Assembly (NCBI GenBank): GCA_037308085.1
Contig: CP147779.1
Coordinates: forward strand, 1,408,001 to 1,472,000
DNA: 64,000 nucleotides
Origin: Promethearchaeati archaeon SRVP18_Atabeyarchaeia-1
Lineage (GTDB): Archaea; Asgardarchaeota; Atabeyarchaeia; Atabeyarchaeales; Atabeyarchaeaceae
Direction: 5' to 3'
Position 1 is the first letter of the stretch, and every line of letters begins with the position of its first letter. A program made the position numbers and the translations under genes. The notes below the pieces were generated by a model. It saw only the letters and a list, made by a program, of their open reading frames with translations. It was not told the DNA's origin and searched no databases. This document shows, piece after piece, positions 9,783 to 18,835 of the stretch.

Positions 9783-10991
9783 TCACGCGACGCTTATCGG
9801 ATAGTTGCCAAACTTCTGGCGGATCCTCATGACAGCCTGCCAGCGATCCAAGGTCACGGCTGGATTGATGCTATGTCCGCTGCTGAAGATGTACCCCCCA
9901 CCTGGTGCAAGCTCCCTAATCAGCCTCTTGGCGTAGTCTTCGATTTCCCTTGTGGTACCTGTTGCAAGCATCATGGGGCTTATGTTGCCCACGAAGGTAA
10001 TCCTGTCACCATACTTCTCGTGCAGTTTGAAGATGTCGTACTCGGGGTTAGCCGTGGTGGGCTCGATGGGGTTAAGGGCGTCCACTCCACAGTCAACTAG
10101 GTCCTGGAAAATCTGGGTCAGGTCTCCATCTGAGTGCAACATTATCCTGCAATCATGTTTGTGGGCAGCCTGGCAGATCTGCTTGATCCAAGGGAACACG
10201 TAGTTTTGATAGTTCTTTGGGCTCATGAAGAGCCCATTCTTGTACCCGTAGTCGTCCCAGAGGAGCACCATCTGCGCGTCGTTCTCAGCTAGAATCTTCA
10301 CGAGCTCTAGGGTGAATTTGCCTCTATCGTCGAAAACCTTTTTGACTTCCTTGCCGTGCGAGAGTAATCTGGAGAATCTCTCTAGCCCAAACCCTTCCCA
10401 TGTACACTCCATTAGGGCGCCAGTTGAAGGTATTGCGAATACTTCGTTCTTCATCTTCTTCTGCACATCCCTACCCGCGAGGAAGCCTGTCAGACGGACC
10501 TCGTCGGCTGGATCAGGTTGCTCAAAACTCTCATAATCGGAGAAATCCTTGAAGTAGCCGCCATAGTAGTTAAGTGTCGTCGTGCCGTCAGCCGCAACCT
10601 TCTCAGGCCTCATGATGCGGCCATACTCGTCCACGAAGCCATTCTCAAGCAGCTTCCTAGGGAAGAGTGAGGTTACACTCAGCGTAATGTCAAGTTTGAC
10701 TCTCCGGGAAAACTCGTAGCCGTTCTCCAATCCTTTGGCAACGAACTCCCGGCTCTTCAATGCAGTTCTAACGATCTGATCCTTGTTGGGCAGAGACTTG
10801 ATAGCACCCAGACCATCTGTTAAGCCACCCGAGGTGGGCACACCATAGTGGGACATGATAGTGTTGTTTGTGAAGGCAGATTCAAAGCATGGCACCCGGT
10901 CAGGCTCCTCATGGTTCACAGTCTTCAAGACCCTTGTCGGAGCGTCCATCTTACCACCCACGTCTCTAATTGTGCGGAAGATATATTTCAA
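9783..10991 (-). CDS. Uroporphyrinogen-decarboxylase-family methylcobamide methyltransferase (MtaA-like); likely start ATG 10949
   Basis: EPDRVP, DDYGYKNGLFMSP, LHSDG, NPIEP, GNISP, GGGYIFSSGHS motifs; divergent from a corrinoid protein. Confidence 0.85.
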   Translation of the reverse strand: MKYIFRTIRDVGGKMDAPTRVLKTVNHEEPDRVPCFESAFTNNTIMSHYGVPTSGGLTDGLGAIKSLPNKDQIVRTALKSREFVAKGLENGYEFSRRVKLDITLSVTSLFPRKLLENGFVDEYGRIMRPEKVAADGTTTLNYYGGYFKDFSDYESFEQPDPADEVRLTGFLAGRDVQKKMKNEVFAIPSTGALMECTWEGFGLERFSRLLSHGKEVKKVFDDRGKFTLELVKILAENDAQMVLLWDDYGYKNGLFMSPKNYQNYVFPWIKQICQAAHKHDCRIMLHSDGDLTQIFQDLVDCGVDALNPIEPTTANPEYDIFKLHEKYGDRITFVGNISPMMLATGTTREIEDYAKRLIRELAPGGGYIFSSGHSINPAVTLDRWQAVMRIRQKFGNYPISVA

Positions 10992-11112
10992 TGCAGATGT
11001 TGTCTACTTGACAATACGAGACTTCTTGGCGACCGATCAATCAGTCGTATATATTTGATGTAAGCAGAATACTTCTGCAGAGACAAAACCCCTGGTTTCT
11101 TGAGGTGATAGT

Positions 11113-11742
11113 GTGTCATTAGACTCGATCAGGAGACTCCTAGCAGATCTAGCTGTGGATGAAATAGGCGCAGAGGTACAGTCTGAACTGGATGCTGGTA
11201 CAAATCCCCGAGACATTCTCAAGGCGCTTACTCTAGGTATGGATGACGTGGGAAAGCGATACGAAGCAATGGAGTACTATCTGACTGAGCTGGTGCTCGC
11301 AGGCGAAACGATGAAGGAAGCGTTCAAGGTGCTTCAGCCACATCTGAAGACCGAGGAGAAAGGAAAGAATCAGACCATAGTCCTTGCAACAGTTAAGGGA
11401 GATAACCACGATATCGGCAAGAACATACTTGCCTCGATGCTGATGTCAGCCGGCTACAATATCATCGATTTAGGCACTAATGTGGACGAAAAGGAGATCA
11501 CCAAGGCAGTCAAGGAATCAAGCGCCAAGGTGCTCGCGCTCAGCTCGCTTCTCACTATGACCGCTCCAGAAATCGCCGTCGTTGATAAGGCGCTAAAGGA
11601 TGCTGGAGTGAGGAGGAAAGTAAAGTTGATAGTCGGTGGGGCACCTCTCAATATGGCGCTGGCGAAGAAGCTTGGTGCTGATGACTACGCGGACGATGCC
11701 GTGGCAGGTGTGAAGCACATAAAACAGCTGATGTCATCATAA
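11113..11742 (+). CDS. Methyltransferase cognate corrinoid protein (MtaC/MttC-like)
   Basis: Cap domain GMDDVGKRYE; B12-binding DNHDIGKNI (DxHxxG), SSLLT, IVGGAP. Confidence 0.92.
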   Translation: MSLDSIRRLLADLAVDEIGAEVQSELDAGTNPRDILKALTLGMDDVGKRYEAMEYYLTELVLAGETMKEAFKVLQPHLKTEEKGKNQTIVLATVKGDNHDIGKNILASMLMSAGYNIIDLGTNVDEKEITKAVKESSAKVLALSSLLTMTAPEIAVVDKALKDAGVRRKVKLIVGGAPLNMALAKKLGADDYADDAVAGVKHIKQLMSS

Positions 11743-11798
11743 GCCAAACAATTCCTGCCCACCCCGAGTCGTAGAAGCCCGCGCACTCTCTCTCTTAG

Positions 11799-12491
11799 TC
11801 AAATCGGCTTAGCATCCAGTTTCTCAAGGTACATTTTCTCGATTTCGCTGGCATAACCGCCTATCATGCTCCGCGCAGTCGATGAGGATCCTACAATCGA
11901 GCTAAGCAATTCGTGAAGGTGCAGTACACCGGAGAACTCCTTATCGCACGTCCTGCCAAACCGCGGTGCCCGGCAGTAGTGGCAGACTCTCAACGCGAAG
12001 AATTGCAGCATTTCAACGGAAAGGGGAACACCAATAACGTCGCCAGCCGCGCCTCTCGTCGAGCCACAGGGGGATTCACGCAGAATGTCGATATGCGAAA
12101 TCCTGCCATCGTCAATTCTAGCATCAAACTTCGGCCTTCCGTAAAACTTGGCATATTCGTCGAATTCTCTCACACCTGTGCCGCTTTCCAAGGAGCACAT
12201 CGTCATGGGCGCAAGTACTTTCTCAAAAACCCGCTTCGCTTGGTTCAGGAAGCCAAGGCCAAAACTAACCCCAAGGATTGTTGGCACTCTCTTCTCCAGT
12301 AGCGCCAATACGATGTCAGGGTGTCTTAAGTAGGAGATGTAGAGATCGCATTTTGGAATATCCAACTTGGCGTCGTCTACAATTGGTGAGTCAGGAGATT
12401 CAACCAGAATCCATTCAGTAGGGAATCTCCTCTTAATGTTCTCGTATGCCCTGTCTCCGTACTTGCCATCGCTGAGTATACCTATCTCCAT
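11799..12491 (-). CDS. DUF166-like archaeal protein
   Basis: HPD, PMTMCSL, YGRPKF, ESPCGST and CRAPR motifs resemble DUF166. Confidence 0.7.
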   Translation of the reverse strand: MEIGILSDGKYGDRAYENIKRRFPTEWILVESPDSPIVDDAKLDIPKCDLYISYLRHPDIVLALLEKRVPTILGVSFGLGFLNQAKRVFEKVLAPMTMCSLESGTGVREFDEYAKFYGRPKFDARIDDGRISHIDILRESPCGSTRGAAGDVIGVPLSVEMLQFFALRVCHYCRAPRFGRTCDKEFSGVLHLHELLSSIVGSSSTARSMIGGYASEIEKMYLEKLDAKPI

Positions 12492-12982
12492 TTACTCTCT
12501 CTCCGAGGACCTGGAGTTTCACTATCAGGTGAAATTCGAATGGAGATAAATATGTTTGCTGGTTCAGTTCTGTTAGCTCTCCGAGTGATTCGATGGAAGC
12601 TAGCATCCGGAGCGCTAGCAGGGCTGCTCACTTCATGAGTGGACTGGCATGGGAGAAACAGAAAAGTGCATCACTGAGTGGTCTGGGCGCTCTGATCAGA
12701 ACACTTTTCCAAAAGGATAAAAGGCAGCTGGCAGGTAATCTGGGACAAATATTATATCCCATCTCGCTTCGTATCCTCTCCGGCATTTCTTGATGGGTTT
12801 GCTTTTGGATCTTCTCAACGAGGTTTCCTCCTTCCGCTATAGATCAATCCAGGCACGAGGTTTATCTCAATAGCTAACTGGAGCAAGACCAACTCTTTAA
12901 TGTGATGTAGCAAGAAAAAAAGGGGGAGAGCATATGTGGGATATTTCCGAACTTAGCCCACTAATGCGTGCGCTGCTAGTTC

Positions 12983-14287
12983 TTATCCTCTTCTGTTCTT
13001 GCTTCGCCCTATTACGAAGGAGACTGCCAAGGCTATGACGAAAGCTAGACCCGCACTGAGAAATACACTAGTCCACTCAATTCCTGAAGGAGCTGGCCCT
13101 GGAGCGGCGGTCGTACCATACTGGAAGACGTATAACGTATTGTCGTCGCAGCCATATGCTATAAGGCTTCCATCGCCCGAAATCCCGACAGCTGATCCGA
13201 AAGTACCTGATATAGAACCGCCAACATCGTAACTCCAGAGAAATCCAAGACTCTTTGAGAACAAGTATGCTTTTGGACTCATCCCTGTGTCACCACAAGC
13301 GATCGTGGATCCATCGGACGACACTGCGACTGAGTTAGCGATCGCGCCCATATCATATTCAATCAAGGTCGCGTTACTGGCTCGCCCGAATACCTTGAAA
13401 TAGTGGTCCAGTCCGACCCCCGAGATAGTCGTCCCGTCACGCGAAACTGCGACAAAGTCGGCCTCGTAACCAGTATCATAGTTCCATAGTGTTGCGTTGT
13501 CTTGTCTGCCAAAAGCATGAATAAAGTGGTCGTTTCCACATGCGGCTATTGTGTTCCCATCATCTGAGATAGCTACGCTGTATAGCTCACTGCTACTTCT
13601 GTAGGTCCATAGTGTTGCGTTGCTCAGTCTGCCAAAGACGCGAACATAGTGGTCGCTTCCGCCTCCGCATGCGACTATGGTGTTCCCGTCTCCCGAAACA
13701 GCTACGCCATATTTGTAAGTATTCAGCTGAGTAGTTTTGTATGTCCATATTGGTGTGCCACTCTGTCTGCCAAAAACACGAATGCAGTAGTCGTTTCCAC
13801 ATGCGGCTATTGTGTTCCCGTCCGCCGAGACGGATACGCTGTTAATGTTAACGAGAGTCGTGTACGTCCATATTGGCATGTTACTCCCTCTGCTGAAGAC
13901 CCGGATCTGGCCATCCGGTGATGCTGTGCCAGCAACTATCGTGTTTCCGTCAGCTGAGACAGCGACGACGTGTATCACAGAGGTACTTGTGAATGTCCAC
14001 ATTGGTGTGCTACTCTTTTGATTGAAGACGTAGAGATTCTTGTCCGAACTTCCAGCTACTATTGTATTGCCATCCTCAGAGACAGCCACTGCTCGAACTG
14101 TATCACCAGCTGTATACGTCCAGTAGGGCGCAGATGGTGGTGTAGGAATCAATTGTGCTGATCGCTGCGCCAGCGACTGTGCTACTGGGACGCCTTGAAC
14201 ACTGCACAAGCCGACTACAATTGTCGTCAGGACGAAGATGGTAGAGGCTAAGAAGATCAATCCATTCCTTCTTTTCATTCCCCTCAT
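12983..14287 (-). CDS. Secreted WD40/PQQ-like beta-propeller with C-terminal membrane anchor
   Basis: Signal peptide; about 8 repeats of W-T-Y...VAVSxDGNTIxxC/G...D...VF; C-terminal TM plus RSKNRRG. Confidence 0.88.
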   Translation of the reverse strand: MRGMKRRNGLIFLASTIFVLTTIVVGLCSVQGVPVAQSLAQRSAQLIPTPPSAPYWTYTAGDTVRAVAVSEDGNTIVAGSSDKNLYVFNQKSSTPMWTFTSTSVIHVVAVSADGNTIVAGTASPDGQIRVFSRGSNMPIWTYTTLVNINSVSVSADGNTIAACGNDYCIRVFGRQSGTPIWTYKTTQLNTYKYGVAVSGDGNTIVACGGGSDHYVRVFGRLSNATLWTYRSSSELYSVAISDDGNTIAACGNDHFIHAFGRQDNATLWNYDTGYEADFVAVSRDGTTISGVGLDHYFKVFGRASNATLIEYDMGAIANSVAVSSDGSTIACGDTGMSPKAYLFSKSLGFLWSYDVGGSISGTFGSAVGISGDGSLIAYGCDDNTLYVFQYGTTAAPGPAPSGIEWTSVFLSAGLAFVIALAVSFVIGRSKNRRG

Positions 14288-14522
14288 CCTACTAGCTGAC
14301 CTGAAAACTGTATCCCTATCTAATCTTATATAGTTAGCTGGGTCGCCGCGGATACTTCTATCTCCATGTTGTTCGCAGAACAGAGATCCGCATGTTTGGG
14401 GAAATCGTAGGCTCTATTCGGGAGAATATTCCCTCTGCGTGGAGTGCGCGCTCAGGAATCAGCATCCAATCACGAAGATAGAAATGAACTCTGGAGAAGA
14501 AGATTCGCCTATCCTTTCTTGC

Positions 14523-16889
14523 CTAGAAGCTTTCATGCTCTGTTCTTTTTATTATCTCATTCTGCAGTTCGGGTGTGAGATCGACGAAATAGTCGCTGTA
14601 TCCGGCGACTCTTACGATTAGATCCCTGAATTTCTCGGGGTTGCTTTGTGCCTCCCGGAGGGTCTCAGCGTCTATCACGTTGAACTGAATGTGGTGACTG
14701 TCGAGTCGGAAATGGGTGCGAATAAGGTGTAGCAGGTTGTCTAGCCCCTCCTCTGTTGAGAGCAGGTGAGGCGAGAACTTCTGGTTCAGCAGGGTCCCTC
14801 CTGTCCGCAGATGATCGATTTTGGAGACGGATTTGATAACCGCAGTCGGGCCATTTGTGTCGACTCCTTGGACCGGTGAGACTCCCTCTGACAGCGGTTC
14901 GCCGCTTTTCCTCCCATCCGGCATGGCGCCTGTCAGGCTGCCAAAGTAGATGTGGACAGTGGTAGGTAGAAGGTTGATCCTGTGGTGTCCTCCCTTGGTA
15001 TTGGGTCGTCCGTCAATGGCTTTGAAGTAGCTCTCAAAGACGGCCTGCATGACGCTATCAGCGTAGTCGTCATCGTTCCCGTATTTGGGAGTTTCGTAGA
15101 CAAACCTCTCCCTGAGTGACTCAGAGCCCTCAAAGTTGTTGTGCAGGGCCTTGAGAAGTTCTTTCATGGTGATTTGCTTCTTGTCATAGATATTGTATTT
15201 GATTGAGGTCAGGGAATCAGTTACGCTGCCTAATCCTACGCCTTGGATGTAGGAGCTGTTGTATCTGGCTCCGCCACCATTGTAGTCTTTGCCTTTGGCT
15301 ATGCAGTCGTCAATTAGGAGTGAGAGGAAGGGTGAGGGCATGTAGGTGGAATAGATCTGCTCGATAATGTTGTTTCCCTTGATCTTAATGTCGATGAAGT
15401 GTCTCAGCTGCTTCTCGAAGGCGCTGTACAGCTCTTCGAAGCTCTTGAAGGTAGCTGGGTCGCCGGTTCTCAGCCCGATCTGCATTCCTGTTCTCGGGTC
15501 AACGCCGCCATTAAGGGTTATTTCGAGGATCTTGACCAGATTGAAGTAGCCGGTCAGAATGTAACACTCCTTTCCAAATGCTCCTGTCTCAACGCACCCG
15601 CTGGATCCTCCATTTCGTGCATCCTGCAAGGATTTGCCCTGCCTGAGCAACTCCTGAATGATAGCTTCGGTATTGAATAGTGATGGCTGGCCAAAACCAG
15701 TCTTAATGATATCCAGGGCTCGTCTGAGCAGACTGTCAGGGGTCTTCTTGCTCAGTTGAACCATGGCGCTTGGCTGTAATAGCCGCATTTCGTCAACAAC
15801 GTCGAGGATCAGGTAGGAAAGCTCGTTTGTGGCATCTGATCCGTCTTCCTTGACTCCTCCTATGTTGATCAAGCTAAAATCAGTGTACGTGGCGCTCTCC
15901 TGCGCAGTCACGCCAACCTTTGGCGGCGCAGGTTGGTTGCTGAACTTAATCCAAAATGCTTGCAGTAGCTCTCTGGCTGCCTCTCTTGTTAATGTACCAT
16001 CTTCAAGCTCTTTCTTGTAGAATGGCAGAATGTGTTGGTCCAGTCGCCCGGGGTTGAATGAATCCCACGTATTTAGTTCGATGGTGACTCCGATGTGAAC
16101 AAACCAGTAGTATTGCAGTGCTTCCCAGAAGGTTCTTGGCGCATTTGCCGGCACCCAGCGGCAGATCTCCGACATCTTCAACAATTCATCTTTCCGATTG
16201 CTATTCTCCTCTTTCTTCGCCAACTCCTTCAAGGCTTCTGAATACCGTCCTGCATAGGCTATCAATGCATCGGCGGCGATATCCATTGCTTTCAGTTCTT
16301 CCCTCTTGTCGAGGGATTCAGGGTCATTGTAGAAGTCCAGGTTGGCGATAGCCTGCCTGATTTCTTGTTTGAGATCCTGAAATCCTTTTCTGTATATCTT
16401 GTCCCCCAGAACTGTATGCCCAGGTGCCCTCTGTTCCTGAAATTCCGTAAACACCCCGGCTTCGTAGGCCGCCTTCCATTCCTCGGCGACTGATTCGAAT
16501 ATCCTTTCTCGAATGGATCTGCCCTTCCAAAAGGGAATAATAGTGTCCCTGTAAATCTCTCTGGTTTGCTCACTGACTTTGAAGGGAATCTTCTTTCTGG
16601 AATCCAGGATATCCAGATCCTTCAAGCTATGAGTGCACAACTCTGGGTATGTTGGGGTGGCTTTTGGCTCTCTTCCTTTTTCCCCTACAATCAGCTCTCC
16701 ATCGTTGATGCAGAGTTGCTTGTTCTCAAGCAGATACCTGAAAGCGAGTGCCCGTTTCACCGGCAGGGACACTCGATCAGCGACATCACTCCGGTAGAAA
16801 CTGGTCAACAACATAGCCCTCTCAGGATCCACCTTAGGGACGGCCTTCAAGCTCTGTTCCCGCAACTTAGTGACCCGCTCGTTCACCAT
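14523..16889 (-). CDS. hypD: Glycyl radical enzyme, trans-4-hydroxy-L-proline dehydratase-like
   Basis: Gly-radical motif IVRVAGYS; Cys loop SGCVETG; HypD-type segments EQRAPGHTV, ELNTWDSFNPGRLDQ, PPKVGVTAQESATYTDF, YILTGY, LPTTVHIYFG. Confidence 0.85.
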   Translation of the reverse strand: MVNERVTKLREQSLKAVPKVDPERAMLLTSFYRSDVADRVSLPVKRALAFRYLLENKQLCINDGELIVGEKGREPKATPTYPELCTHSLKDLDILDSRKKIPFKVSEQTREIYRDTIIPFWKGRSIRERIFESVAEEWKAAYEAGVFTEFQEQRAPGHTVLGDKIYRKGFQDLKQEIRQAIANLDFYNDPESLDKREELKAMDIAADALIAYAGRYSEALKELAKKEENSNRKDELLKMSEICRWVPANAPRTFWEALQYYWFVHIGVTIELNTWDSFNPGRLDQHILPFYKKELEDGTLTREAARELLQAFWIKFSNQPAPPKVGVTAQESATYTDFSLINIGGVKEDGSDATNELSYLILDVVDEMRLLQPSAMVQLSKKTPDSLLRRALDIIKTGFGQPSLFNTEAIIQELLRQGKSLQDARNGGSSGCVETGAFGKECYILTGYFNLVKILEITLNGGVDPRTGMQIGLRTGDPATFKSFEELYSAFEKQLRHFIDIKIKGNNIIEQIYSTYMPSPFLSLLIDDCIAKGKDYNGGGARYNSSYIQGVGLGSVTDSLTSIKYNIYDKKQITMKELLKALHNNFEGSESLRERFVYETPKYGNDDDYADSVMQAVFESYFKAIDGRPNTKGGHHRINLLPTTVHIYFGSLTGAMPDGRKSGEPLSEGVSPVQGVDTNGPTAVIKSVSKIDHLRTGGTLLNQKFSPHLLSTEEGLDNLLHLIRTHFRLDSHHIQFNVIDAETLREAQSNPEKFRDLIVRVAGYSDYFVDLTPELQNEIIKRTEHESF

Positions 16890-16895
16890 CTGGCT

Positions 16896-17699
16896 CTAGC
16901 CCCCGATCTTGACCTTGAGTCCACCCGCCTTAAAACTTTCCGACAACTGTCTAAGTCTCTCATATGAGGGTGGCTCAAGATTCACCAATCGATTCTGCCG
17001 GTTCAATTTCTCATACTTGCCCTTTCCAAGCTTGTTGTAGGGAAGGAAGTCTATTTCCCGCACGGTTTTCAGACTGCCGAGGAATTTAACCATAAGGTCA
17101 ATGTTTCTCTCGGTGTCAGTAATTCCAGGAATGACTGGAAAACGGATGACAATATTCTTCTTCTCACTATCCAACTTGGTCAGATTTGACAATATCTGTC
17201 CATTGGAGACGCCAGTGTATCTTTGATGCTCTTCACCATCCATGAGCTTCAGGTCATAAAGAAAAAGATCCACCTTGTCCATGATTTTTCTCACGACATT
17301 CCAAGAGCCATAACCGCATGTCTCCAAGGCAGTGGCAATCCCAGCCTTGATAGAGGCGTCCAAAAGACCGTCGAGGAAAACGTGTTGCCCCAACGGTTCT
17401 CCTCCCGAAAACGTCACCCCTCCGCCTGATTCGTCATAGAAAACCCGATCCTTTTCGATCTCGACCATAATCTCTTCAACAGTCACCTCGCGACCAAGGA
17501 GCCTTTTGGTGCCGGTAAGAGATGATTTGCTCTTCTGCCGCATCTCAATCGCCTCCCCGAGATCCAGTTTCTGCCCTTCGGGATTCTGGCACCACCAGCA
17601 CGTCAGGGGGCAACCGCAGAGAAAGATAGTTGTACGAATTCCTGGACCATCGTGAAGGGAATACTTCTTGATGTCGAATATCAGCCCCCTATTCTTCAT
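16896..17699 (-). CDS. Glycyl-radical enzyme activating enzyme (radical SAM)
   Basis: HDGPGIRTTIFLCGCPLTCWWCQNPE (CxxxCxxC), GGGVTFSGGEP; directly upstream of the GRE. Confidence 0.93.
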   Translation of the reverse strand: MKNRGLIFDIKKYSLHDGPGIRTTIFLCGCPLTCWWCQNPEGQKLDLGEAIEMRQKSKSSLTGTKRLLGREVTVEEIMVEIEKDRVFYDESGGGVTFSGGEPLGQHVFLDGLLDASIKAGIATALETCGYGSWNVVRKIMDKVDLFLYDLKLMDGEEHQRYTGVSNGQILSNLTKLDSEKKNIVIRFPVIPGITDTERNIDLMVKFLGSLKTVREIDFLPYNKLGKGKYEKLNRQNRLVNLEPPSYERLRQLSESFKAGGLKVKIGG

Positions 17700-17934
17700 C
17701 CCAGTTCATCTTCCCTCTGCCTTTCATCTGATGCACCGCGTAAATGCGCCGGCTCTGCGATTAGAAACAGTTCTTCCCCCAATAGGCCGCAGTGGACTCG
17801 CTTTTCTTGGTGATAGGCGGAATCTGACTCCTTTAGCTATCCAAAAAGTGATGATGCTAATTAACTAATACTCCAGTGAGAGATACACTCAAATAAGTCT
17901 TGGTTGATGGCATACATGGGCGAGTGACCTCACC

Positions 17935-18813
17935 ATGATTGACCTAACTCTTGCGTTAATCATTCTGGCCGTTGCTGTCGGAACGGGAGTTCTCTCTGCC
18001 ACTGTTGGTGTCGGCGGCGGCTTCATAATGGTTTCATTCATGCTCGCATACATGAGCTACACTTCGCAGCAGGCTGCTGGAACTAGCGCATTCGTCATAA
18101 TCTTCTCTGCTCTCTCATCCTCAATAGCCTATTTCAGGCAAAAGAGGATCGACTACAAGGTCGGCGTAATGGCCGCCCTTTTCTCAGTACCAGCGGCGCT
18201 CATTGGAGGCTATGTCACCAAGCTCCTTCCATCCGCGTTGATTGCCTTCCTATTCGCCATATCGCTCGTTATCGTTGGAGTAAAGATGGTTTTCTTTCCA
18301 AGAGAAAAGAACAAAGACGTCGGGCTGAAGGACAAGAAAGGAGATCTTCCAAAGGATGAAACAAAGAAGAAGGACCAGAGAGAGAAACCCCGTTCTGGAT
18401 GGACTACGAGAATCATCGACGCAGCAGGACATGAATTCACGTATCATGCCAATGTGCTCCCAGCCATCCCATTCTTCATACTAGCCGGCTTCCTATCAGG
18501 CCTCTTCGGGATAGGCGGAGGCGTCGTGATAGTCCCAGCCCTACAGATAATTGTGGGGTTGCCTCTCCACCTAGCCGTCGCCACGAGCATGTTCACGATG
18601 ATCTTCACTTCAATCTCAAGTGGAACAACCCACATAGTACTGGGCAACGTAATATTCGACTACGCGCTGCTCTTCATCATAGGCATAATCGCCGGTGCCC
18701 AGGGTGGAGCCCGCGTCGCCTGGAGAATTAAATCATCATCCATCGAAAGGGTTTTCGGCGTCACTATGCTACTAATCTCCATCTACCTGCTTTTAAAATA
18801 CAACCTACTTTAG
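17935..18813 (+). CDS. TauE/SafE family sulfite exporter-like membrane protein
   Basis: Duplicated GVGGG/GIGGG motifs, AAGTS/AVATS, about 8 TM. Confidence 0.88.
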   Translation: MIDLTLALIILAVAVGTGVLSATVGVGGGFIMVSFMLAYMSYTSQQAAGTSAFVIIFSALSSSIAYFRQKRIDYKVGVMAALFSVPAALIGGYVTKLLPSALIAFLFAISLVIVGVKMVFFPREKNKDVGLKDKKGDLPKDETKKKDQREKPRSGWTTRIIDAAGHEFTYHANVLPAIPFFILAGFLSGLFGIGGGVVIVPALQIIVGLPLHLAVATSMFTMIFTSISSGTTHIVLGNVIFDYALLFIIGIIAGAQGGARVAWRIKSSSIERVFGVTMLLISIYLLLKYNLL

Positions 18814-18835
18814 GCAACTCTCAATCGCCCATCTT

